The notes below the pieces were generated by a model. The model saw only the letters and a program-made list of their open reading frames with translations, was not told the DNA's origin and searched no databases. A stretch of DNA of 64,000 nucleotides, from contig NC_068982.1 of assembly GCF_001194135.2 (NCBI RefSeq), forward strand, positions 84,024,037 through 84,088,036, written 5' to 3'. Source of the stretch: Octopus bimaculoides (taxonomy: Eukaryota). A program made the position numbers and the translations under genes. Shown piece by piece: positions 24,327-34,399 of this stretch (position 1 is the first letter of the stretch; each line of letters begins with the position of its first letter).

Positions 24327-24328
<2 letters not shown>
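23953..24328 (+). mobile_element. RTE 3'-tail-related repeat (family D) with internal tandem unit and (GAT)n tail
   Basis: Two copies of ctcttgtgYgggtggcacataaaatacaccattttgagtgtggccgttgccagt; ends gcggacattaaagatgatgatgatgat. Confidence 0.85.
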
Positions 24329-24378
<50 letters not shown>

Positions 24379-24802
24379 ATAAATGTGAAAATTAATTTGT
24401 GTGTCAGTGTGTCACACTTAGACTCCCTCTTTCACTATTCCTTGACACTCCTACTATTCCTCATGATGGGGTGAGAGTAATAGTAAAAATAGAGATGGTG
24501 AGGGTGGTCGTGAAGACAGAAAGAGTGAGAGAGAGAGAGGAAGAAAAAGAGGGAGAAAAAGAGAAACAAATAAATTTAGAGAGAGTTGATGTTTTATTAA
24601 AAATAGTAGTGTTGATGGTGGGAGAGTGAGTGACGGAAAGAGGGAGATGATGTACAACCTTGTTTAACTGTGTGTCTTTGACAGAAATTGCGATCACCAA
24701 AATATTGAGCACTATCATTTTTATTTTATTTTTTGCTTTCTTTAATACACACACATATAAAATACATTTTAATTGAAATAAAGTTGCCCCAAAATTAAAC
24801 AT

Positions 24803-25198
24803 AGGTGCAAGAGTGGCTGTGTGGTAAGTAGCTTGCTTACCAACCACATGGTTCTGGGTTCAGTCCCACTGCGTGGCATCTTCGACAAGTGTCTTCTACT
24901 ATAGCCTCAAGCTGACCAAAGCCTTGTGAGTCGATTTGGTAGATGGAAACTGAAAGAAGCCCATCGTATATATATATGTATGTGTGTGTATATGTTTATG
25001 CATCTGTGTTTGTCCCCGCAACATCGCTTGACAACCAATGCTGGTGTGTTTACGTCCCCGTAACTTAGCGGTTCGGCAAAAGAGACTGATAGAATAAGTA
25101 CTAGGCTTATAAAGAATAAGTCCTAGGGTCGATTTGCTCGACAAAAGTTGGTGCTCCAGCATGGCCGCAGTCAAATGACTGAAACAAGTAAAAAAGTA
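24803..25198 (+). mobile_element. tRNA-type SINE family A
   Basis: gagtggctgtgtggtaagtagcttgcttaccaaccacatggttctgggttcagtccc head with A/B-box-like motifs, internal (TA/TG)n, AG-rich tail. Confidence 0.9.
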
Positions 25199-25266
25199 TA
25201 TCTAATATAAGGAATGTGAATGTCAGTGTGTCACACAAAAGACACATAATCAACTTTAATAAATCC

Positions 25267-25477
25267 TTTCTACTGGAAGCGCAAGGCCTCAAATTTTTGG
25301 GGAAGGGATTAAATCGATTACATTGACCTCAGTACATAACTGGTACTAATTTTATTGAACCCAAATGGACGAAAGGCAAAGTCGTCCTCAGCGGAATTTC
25401 AACTCAAAACCTAACGGCAGACAAAATACGGCTAAGTATTTCGCCCGGCATGCTAACTATTCTGCCAGCTCCCCATC
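25267..25477 (-). mobile_element. SINE family B
   Basis: Reverse complement of gagctggcagaatagttagcatgccgggcgaaatacttagc, homologous to 15998. Confidence 0.85.
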
Positions 25478-25489
25478 TTAGTATAATAT

Positions 25490-25949
25490 AATATAATATA
25501 ATATAATATAATAAATGTGAATGTCAGTGTGTTACACTTTTTCAACTTTACTCCTAGAGACCAAAGCCCAATATATCATACCATTTTGGAATCAGGCTGA
25601 CTCCATGAGTAAATTTAAAACACTCCATGCCAAACTTGGACCCACAATCTTGAAATTTTGGATTCCCAAGTTTTCATTACTGTGATTGTTTTCAGCAATA
25701 TTTTACTGTGACTTTTTGCAACAAATTTTTTTGTACAATAACAATTTTTATAATCTAAAGGTTAACTCCGAGAGTAAATTAAAAACATTCCAGGTTGAGT
25801 CCAGACCTGCAATTCTGAAATTTTGGATTCCTATGCTTTCATTACTGTGATTGTTTTCGGCGATTTTTTCACACAATTGTTTGCAACGAATATGATTATC
25901 ATTGGGATATGAAGCAATTGCAACAAATTCCCCAAACCANNNNNNNNNN

Positions 25950-26005
<56 letters not shown>

Positions 26006-26090
26006 CATGTATGTATGTATGTTGATAATACCTAGAAGAAGATGCTTGTTTCCACTTACCAAAGTAATGTAATCAGACAGTATCCAATTA
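25490..26090 (+). mobile_element. Possible non-autonomous Helitron-like element (5' portion)
   Basis: TATAATAAATGTGAATGTCAGTGTGT start; internal duplication tgaaattttggattcc..ttcattactgtgattgtttt (about 25654 and 25816); no 3' end found. Confidence 0.4.
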
Positions 26091-26699
26091 TGATTGATGG
26101 GTCAGCAGAGGTGGCCAAACCACTGCCTCTCATCTCTTCTGCTCCATAACCAACAAGAGGCTTTTTTAACTGCCTTTCCCATCTTGCACACAGCCACCCT
26201 TCACTCCTTTCCACTCATTCCATTGGTTGCAAGCATACTCCATACCGACTGTGCAGGGAAACCCCTACAGCCAAGCTCAAATGGGAAAAGCCATAACTGC
26301 CATCCCTTCTGCCTGCAATCCTGCAGAAGGCTGTCATACTTCGCATGCTTCTATTCATGGGTCTGATCATACCCTTCTTCTCACAGGACTGCAAGCTCAG
26401 TCAAGATAATTTTCTTGGTCTTTTTAGACCACAGAACCACATCTGGTCTCAGAATTGTATGGACAACCTGGGAAAACAGCAATCTCTTCCCTATGTATAT
26501 ATCTTTTATCTATTTCAGTTTTTAGATTGTGGCCATGTTGGGGCACCACCTTGAGGAATTTTAGTTGAACATATCATCCCTAGAACTTATTATTTTTCTA
26601 TTTTCTCTTTTGCTGAACTGCTAAGTTATGGGGAAGTAAACAAACCAACACCAGTTGTCAAGTAATGGTGGTGGGCAAACACAGACACACACACACAAT

Positions 26700-27230
26700 G
26701 AGAGGTGTCAAAAGGAGAACAGAGCTGGTTGAGGAAGTTCACAATTTTCTGGATGAAGACTGTTGTGTGTCTACAGTTTGGAGTCAGTGTGCTTATTATC
26801 TTTATGGACACATTATGGTCTTTTGTACACAGAATTATTCATGAAGATCTGAACATAGGAAAAATTTGTACTAAGTTTGTTCCTAGGGTGCTCAGTGACA
26901 AGCATCCTGGTAACCAACCACATGGCTGGGATGGACATCAAAATTCTCTTTCACTTCACTACATTCCTGACCTTGCTCCTTGTGAGCTTTGGTTGTTTTC
27001 CAAACTGAAAGAGAACCTTAATGGCAGTTGTTTGAAGGTGAAAGAGGCTGTGACAAGGGTATTGGACACTTTCACTTTGGAGGATTTCCAGGGTACCTTT
27101 ACAAAGAGGCTGGTGTGCTACAAGTACACTGAAATCAGAATCATAACTTGAAGGAGATTAGAGTTTTGTACTTCTTTAAAATTAATAAAATTCTCTTCTG
27201 AAAAAGTCTGAGAACTTTCATAATGATGCA
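26700..27230 (+). mobile_element. Mariner (Tc1/mariner) transposase remnant, internally deleted
   Basis: IIHEDLNIGKICTKFVPRVLSD (WVPHEL-like) joined to HYIPDLAPCELWLFSKLK (YSPDLAPxD-like). Confidence 0.85.
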
Positions 27231-27313
27231 TGCCCAACTGTGTCTGTTCATTGGAAAATATGTATATGTAATTGTATTTCTACTGACATAATATTTATGT
27301 TAATATATAAATG

Positions 27314-27485
27314 TGTACAAGGAGTGGCTGTGTGGTAAGTAGCTAGCTTACCAACCACATGGTCCTGGGTTCAGTCCCACTGCGTGGCATCTTGGGCAAG
27401 TGTCTTCTACTATAGCCTCGGGCTGACCAAAGCCTTGTGAGTGGATTTGGTAAACGGAAACTGAAAGAAGCCCATCGTATATATG

Positions 27486-27516
<31 letters not shown>

Positions 27517-27742
27517 ATGTTTGTATGTGTGTATTTGTCCCCCCAACATCGCTTGACAACCGATGCTGGTATGTTTATGCCCCCGTAACTTAGCGGTTCG
27601 GCAAAAGAGATCAATAGAATAAGTACTAGGCTTCTAAGGAATAAGTCCTGGGGTCGATTTACTCGACTAAAAGGCGGTGCTCCAGCATGGCCACAGTCAA
27701 AAGACTGAAACAAATAAAAGAGTAAAAGAGTAAAGAGTAAGT
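27314..27742 (+). mobile_element. tRNA-type SINE family A
   Basis: Near-identical in structure to the 24803 copy; (AAAGAGT)n-like tail. Confidence 0.9.
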
Positions 27743-28145
27743 ATATGCTTCGATAAACTTTAATGTCCTGTGATGTATATGTATGTGTGAGAGTGTGTGT
27801 GAGTGAATGGGTTTGTGTTTTTATTTTCATTTCATTTTCACTCAAGCCTACCCTCTGTTTTATTGGCAGATTATTTGAAATACACTTTTTTCACAATTAC
27901 TTCTCCAATATTAATTCTGAATGAAACCTTCCATAGCAAATTGCAATTCACACTATATAGGAAACAAGCTCTCAAATTTGAAGTCAGTCTCTTAAGTGCC
28001 TTGCACAGAACTCTTGACCTATTAAGTAGAAAAGTATATATATTATGGGTTTCCATTTTCCTGCTTTGTTCTGCCAAAGGAAGGGAAAAAGGAAAAGAAG
28101 CAGGCAGGCAGGAGGGTAGATAGGAATGTAGATAAGCAGCTAGGT

Positions 28146-28485
28146 AAGTTTGTTGTTGACACTGTCGCTTACGATGTCGAGGGTTCTAGTTGATCTGATC
28201 AACGGAACAGCCTGCTCATGAAATTAACATGCAAGTGGCTGAGCACTCCACAGACACGGGGGATTTTCAGCGTGACACAGTGTGACAACAGAAACAGGAA
28301 GTAAGAGTGAGAGAAAGTTGTGGTGAAAGAGTACAGCAGGGTTCGCCACCATTCCCTGCCGGAGCCTCAAGGAGCTTTAGGTGTTTTCGCTCAATAAACA
28401 CTCACAACGCCCGGTCTGGGAATCGAAACCGCGATCCCATGACCATGAGTCCGCTGCCGTAACCACTGGGCCATTGCGCCTCCAC
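28146..28485 (-). mobile_element. tRNA-derived SINE family C
   Basis: Minus strand begins gtggaggcgcaatggcccagtggttacggcagcggact..ggtttcgattcccagaccgggcg (clear A box TGGCCCAGTGG and B box GGTTTCGATTCCC), followed by a non-tRNA body and (ACA)n tail. Confidence 0.85.
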
Positions 28486-29263
28486 AGCTAAGTAAGTATA
28501 CATATAGATATACAAAATAAACTTAGTGAAGAGAAAAATAACTGAAAGAATCAATCTATGAATGAAGCCAATTCAGTTAGAGATGTACTGAACACTGTAA
28601 ACAAAAAAATGGATAAGTAGGGGAGATAATTTCCAAAACATTCTGATTTGATTAACATACTTAGGAAAAAGGAAGTTTTTACATATGTGTTTGTATGGTT
28701 GCCTTTGACTCCTGGTACTTACTGACACTTAATGTTTTTAGGCTCATCTTTACTAGATCTCATTTTATTTTTGCCTTGTTTAAAGAATTGGCTCTTTCTA
28801 CTTTCCTTCTCTAATTCTTACCTTTCTCTCCTTTTGGCCACTTCATACCCCAGTCTTCTAATCCTCTCACCTCACCTTTCTCTTTCTCTCTTGCTTTCTC
28901 TCTCTACCTCTCTCTACCTTCTAAGTATCGTACCACACCACCACCACAACTACCATAACTACTCTTTCAACTTCAATTTCTTCCATTCATTTCATCTCAC
29001 TACCAAAGTGACACCAACTCTCTCTCTCTCTCTCTCTCTTATACTCAGATGTAGGGCAAGGCCCAAAAGGAAGAATTCTACACCCCTCATGGCAGCTGAA
29101 CTCATCAAACTATGGACTAAATATTGCTGGAACAGGCCATCACTATTTCCACAGGTTCTGAACTTTAACCTAATATGTCTTTTTCTCTGAAATATGAATC
29201 ATTTATTAAATGTTAAAAAAAAATTAATAAAATAAAATAGAAATTCATTAATTTTAAAACTAC

Positions 29264-29348
29264 CTGCTGCACGTTTATGACAGTTCAAAGCCTCTTCAAA
29301 TTTACCAGATTTTACATAAACATCAGCCTGCCGTCCAAGTTGGTGAGC
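29264..29348 (-). CDS. NRBF2: NRBF2 internal coding exon (85 nt, N-terminal half of MIT domain)
   Basis: tttcacag|GCT CAC CAA...GCA GCA G|gtagtt encodes AHQLGRQADVYVKSGKFEEALNCHKRAA+G, matching recalled human AHQQSRRADRLLAAGKYEEAISCHKKAA; its phase-1 end joins the 18167 exon in frame (G+AG=Glu). Confidence 0.93.
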
Positions 29349-29472
29349 CTGTGAAAAGGAAGTTAAGGAAGAAAATATTTAAATAAAAATAACTTAATAA
29401 ATAATACTAATGTTTTAAAATTTAAAAAAAAATTGTTTTTCAGTTTTTTTTAAACACATTCCATATTTTAAA

Positions 29473-29672
29473 GCTCTTGTGCAGGTGGCACATAAAATAC
29501 ACCATTTTGAGCGTGGCCGTTGCCAGTATCGCCTGACTGGCCTTCGTGCAGGTGACACATAAAAGTACCCACTACACTCTCTGAGTGGTTGGCGTTAGGA
29601 AGGGCATCCAGCTGTAGAAACTCTGCCAAATTGCTAGCATGGAAAGCGGACGTTAAACGAAATGAACGAACG
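29473..29672 (+). mobile_element. RTE 3'-tail-related repeat (family D), internally deleted
   Basis: Starts gctcttgtgcaggtggcacataaaatacacc like the 23953 copy; ends gcggacgttaaacg. Confidence 0.85.
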
Positions 29673-29899
29673 ACGAGACACTGGTTTAAATTGAAAACGA
29701 ATGCTACATTTGTAAATATGAAATTGTGAAACTATACAAACTCAAACTGTAATCTGAGCTGATATTGTTGGCCATAATCCCTCATGGCAGTACTCCAAAT
29801 GTGACACTGCACAAAAAGTATGAAAGGTGCTCTGATACTCTGAAAAATATTGCATAATTTGTCTAGTTCACATAAAAATATCACAAAGAATGTTAGTCA

Positions 29900-31650
29900 C
29901 AACAAACTTGATTTAACTAAACACCAAAATAAAGCAAAAGCAAAATAAAGTTATCAAATTTAATTCATAGCAGATATCTTTCAGAAATAGAACCTGGACC
30001 CAATGTGACCTTCAAAATGACTCTGATGTCACAATGGAAATCTTGGACTCTGTCCAGATCACTGATATTGTTGGCCTATTCTTTAATTTCAAAAATTAAG
30101 GAAGAATTCCCTAATATCAGCAGAGGTTTGTATAGAGACGATGCATTATTCAGCACAAGCAACTGATAAGGTAAAGATTGATAAAATTATATAACTTAGA
30201 TATTCTATTTGAAAATGTCACTAAATGTGTTAACATTTTGGACGTAACATTAAATTTAGATAATGGCTTATTTTACCATTACCATAAGTTTAATAAAACC
30301 ATTAAGTATATCCACACCTTATCAAATCATCCCCAATTATTAATGGGATAGTCAAAGGTGTGTTGATAAAAATCTCTAACTTATCTGCAAACAAAAAGAT
30401 TTTTTATAACTTTGCACCCTTTTATAATACAGCTTTGAAGGACAGTGGATTCAGTAGGAAGATATATTATATTAAGAATGCAATATTTTAAAATAAATTA
30501 GGTAAATATTTTCCAAATATTGCGAAAGTAAACATTGACACACCTTCCATGACCCCCGCCAACCGAGCATAAGAACCAACACCATAATAGAAGATACTAT
30601 AATTCATTTAATTATAATAATAATAATAATAATAGCTATACTGGGAAAAGTAGAAACAACTCAGTGAGGAAACAGGAAATTATCTGGTTCACCCTTCCTT
30701 TTCCCCTCCAAGTCAGAATCCTCCCTAAATTATTTTTTAGGATTACTGACAGGGATTTCCCATTAGGCCATAAATATCATTCCATCTTTAATAGATCCTG
30801 CCTTAAATTATTGTACTCAACTATGCCCAACCTAGGATCAATAATTGTAGCCAACAATAGATTTAAACTTAGAAATAATAGTATTGATAGAGATGACAAC
30901 ATAGCTGACCTTAATATGAAGAACAATGATAAGAATCCTGATATTAAAAATTTAAAAGCAAAGCATAGAAATAAAACATGTAATTACCATAACCGGGAAT
31001 TAAGTCCCTTAAAGGGATTCTGTTTAAGAGAAATGTTATATATAAAGTTGAGATCTCAACCCTTAGTGAATCAAAAAGATATTCATAGGAAGTATGACTG
31101 ATTTTAAGACAAGATATAGGGCACACACAAACTCATTTATTAATCAAGAAACAAAAAATTCAACTGCACAATAAAGAATTCAGTCTAGAAATCACATCAT
31201 ACGGTACACACAGCAGAAACTGTAAATTATGCACAAAAGAAGTGATCTGTATACTCTGCCGACAAAAAAAAATTTTACTTAGCAAGCTCTCAGATGTCAT
31301 TATTCTTTGTAAACATAAATATTTATCAACTTCAAAATGTTTTTCCAAAAATAATTAGTTTATATGATTTTAACCTAGTTACCCTTTATGTATTTGGATT
31401 CTTCTTAAAACACTATTATCTATAGCTTCATAATTTATATAAACATGTAATTTTTAGCTCTTATTATATCATCTGCCTGAACAGTATGTTCCAACATAGC
31501 ATTTGATTTTTAATGTTGCTTAAAACCTTAAGATTTAAATAACTCTTTTATAAATCCTTTAGATTAACTCTGATGAGTGAAATATAGATGATTGTTATGG
31601 TTGGAATTAACTTACCCATACCAACCTATATCTTCTTGAAACAGCCATCA
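29900..31650 (+). mobile_element. Penelope-like retroelement (RT + start of GIY-YIG region), degraded, ending in a hammerhead-like motif
   Basis: DVTMEILDSVQITDIVG, LYRDDAL (YRDD at 30131-30142), IIWFTLPF..HKYHSIFNRSCLKLLYSTMPNLGSII..KTCNYHNRELSPLKGFCL, typical of the PLE RT/linker; CTGATGA at 31570 and GAAAC at 31638. Confidence 0.85.
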
Positions 31651-32188
31651 TTCTATACCAACTTTCTCCACTTGTATCACATAGTCAAATGGAAACGATG
31701 TTTCCTGGGGCTAAATAGCAGTAGCATTCTTCCCTTTCCTGGGACTGCCACATTAAGTTGACAACAAACTATCACTATATATATATATATATATATAGTT
31801 AGAAGACAAAAATGGATTAAAAAATCCAAGCAGATATCGTTAAAGCATTCAGTTTTAAATGAATTTTGGTTAATTATATCCAACAATCAGACATCAGTAA
31901 ATGTAAGGAGAATACACAGCTATTCCTCATGTATGACAAGTAGATATCATTTTGAAGAATTTCAAGAAATTCAGACAAAAAAAGTACATATAGAGAAAAT
32001 CACATTGTAGAATTCACCTTATAAAGCCGACAACTGTAACATATATAGATACAGAAAATATTGAAATTAATATTTCTGAAAACACGTTAACACAACATTT
32101 CCAAGGTGATCCAAAATTTGTTAAATTCAAAGTGAACTAAGGAAATATTTCCAGTACAAGAACACCTACAAAAAGAACACTAAGAAGA

Positions 32189-32390
32189 AATATAATCTAA
32201 GAAATTTGTATATTCAATTATTAGTGACATCAGTGGACAACAAAAGAATAAAAAATAAACATAAGAATTCTACATTACAATAACTAGAAACATAGAGCAA
32301 TATAATTTAAGAAAGGCCAATTTTGTATTCAACTATCAGTGACATCACTGGATAAATAAAGAATAAAAAATAAACATTAGGACAATTGGA
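32189..32390. repeat. Two-copy ~115-bp tandem duplication
   Basis: tataatYtaagaaa..tattcaaYtatYagtgacatcaStgga..aaagaataaaaaataaacat occurs twice. Confidence 0.7.
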
Positions 32391-32415
32391 AACACAAAGA
32401 ATTTATACATACTTA

Positions 32416-32421
32416 CACACG

Positions 32422-32490
<69 letters not shown>
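32416..32490. repeat. (CA)n microsatellite
   Basis: Long uninterrupted ca run. Confidence 0.95.
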
Positions 32491-32497
<7 letters not shown>

Positions 32498-32878
32498 AGT
32501 CACAGAAATACAAGAAGTTAACTAAACTGTCCTGTGATCCTTCCCTGAAACTGCACATTCTCAGAAAACTATTCTGACCCTACTGCACTTTCTGTCCTCA
32601 AAATGCACAAGGACAAATATATTTGTGAATTACTAACTTCACATGCTGGTGAAATGAATAAAATGACAGGTGAATTTCACTACATGTATACAAAACTGCT
32701 CTACTAAGTAGTCTTGTTCCTATTTTGTCTTGTATTTCTTTTTTTTTTTTTGTTTTTCCTTTTTCTTTCTTCTTTTACAATCTGTTGAAATAGTATTCAA
32801 ACCTCTAAATAAACAATCTGACCTTGAGTGAATTTATCAAAAGGGAGGGTGAAAGTTGTAAAAATGGCAAGAGTGGAT

Positions 32879-33106
32879 GGCGGCAAGCTGGCAGAAACAT
32901 TAGCATGCCAGGCGAAACAATTAGCGGTATTTTGTCTGTTGTGAGTTCAAATTCCGCCAAGGTTGACTTTGCCTTTCATCCTTTCAGGGTCGATAAATTA
33001 AGTACCAGTTACACACTACGCACTGGTGTTGATGTAATCAACTTAATCCCTTTGTCTGTCCTTGTTTGTCCCCTCTATGTTTAGCCCCTTGTGGGCAATA
33101 AAGAAA
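32879..33106 (+). mobile_element. SINE family B with 13-bp TSD and alternative 3' tail
   Basis: Head ggcggcaagctggcagaaac; TSD caagagtggatgg at 32868-32880 and 33107-33119. Confidence 0.88.
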
Positions 33107-33412
33107 CAAGAGTGGATGGTACCACTCTAAGTGTAGACCTGTGAGTTGGAGGAAAAGAGCTGGAGAGGGCACTTGTCCTTCGAATTCAAGGAGATCTTGG
33201 ATTGTGGAGTCCCTTGGTTATCCCTAAAGGTCCTCTTGTATAAGGAGAACACCATCACTACTGTCCATTTTTTTCTTAATCATTCCATTATATGTAAATC
33301 CCCACTTTATGTCTGTCTTTGTATTGTCCACCTCATCCTTCGTCCTGGTGGCAAATAAAAGAAAGGACCAGTTACATACTCTGATTCAGGTCTTGTGCCT
33401 TTAGTAAAAAGG

Positions 33413-33485
<73 letters not shown>

Positions 33486-33499
33486 TAGTCAATTCAAAT

Positions 33500-33640
33500 A
33501 AATGCATAAAATTAATAGACAACAAGAGGATGTGCACAAGAAATGTATTAGCTTGATGCTCATTGAAAAGAGAGAGTTTGATGTTTCGAGCATAGCTCTT
33601 CATTGGAAAGGAGAAAAGTTCAAAGAAGGAAAAGAATCAC
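33500..33640 (-). mobile_element. Short PLE pLTR-like fragment with degenerate minimal hammerhead
   Basis: Minus: tttccaatgaagagctatgctcgaaacatcaaactc = C(CA)ATGA-A-GAGC-TAT-GCTC-GAAAC-ATC. Confidence 0.5.
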
Positions 33641-33672
33641 CAACAGGACATGTGTAGTTACATTGCTGAAGT

Positions 33673-33880
33673 GACTGGTGAGCTGGCAGAATTGTTAGCA
33701 TGCCAGGCAAAATGCTTAGCAGCATTTTGCCTTCCTTTACATTCTGAATTCAAATTCTGCCAAGGTCAACTCTACCTTTCATCCTTTCAGGGTCAATAAA
33801 ACAAGTATCAGTTGAGTGCTGGAGTTGATGTAATTGACTTACACCCTCCAACAAAATCCAGGTCTTATGCTTAAAGCAGG
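33673..33880 (+). mobile_element. SINE family B, diverged
   Basis: ggtgagctggcagaattgttagcatgccaggcaaaatgcttagc..aaattctgccaaggtcaac. Confidence 0.8.
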
Positions 33881-34399
33881 AAGGATTTTATACACACACT
33901 CACACACATTGATATTTCTCTATCTCTCTCTCAGTATACACACACATGCACACACGCACACACACACACACAAAAAACACACACTCACACTCATACATTC
34001 ACATGCATATTTATATACACCAATACAAGTGCATACATATACATGTAGTAATTCTGGTTATCAAACTGGTGAGATTATTGAATACAGATGACTGGAAATG
34101 ATTAGCCGCAAATTGGCTTTACTCTTCTAAGAACGAGGGTGTGGTATCTGTCAGTTGTTTTAGTCATGAACCTTGCTGAACAGGAGTCAGCCATGTTTAA
34201 ATATCATTTCAAAGCCTTGTTGGCTGGTGAGATGATGGAAATAACCTTGAATAGTAATAACAGTAATTATTACCACATTCCCTACTGAGTTCAGTGAGTT
34301 TGTAAAGTTCTTAGTCATCAAAATATATGTGTGAATCGTGAATGTATATATCAAGGGAATGGAGGGAATAATATGGAAAATTACAGTATTTCGGATAGT

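Noticed and set aside
28400-28485. tRNA gene
   Set aside because: The tRNA-like head continues into a SINE body and tail; not a stand-alone tRNA
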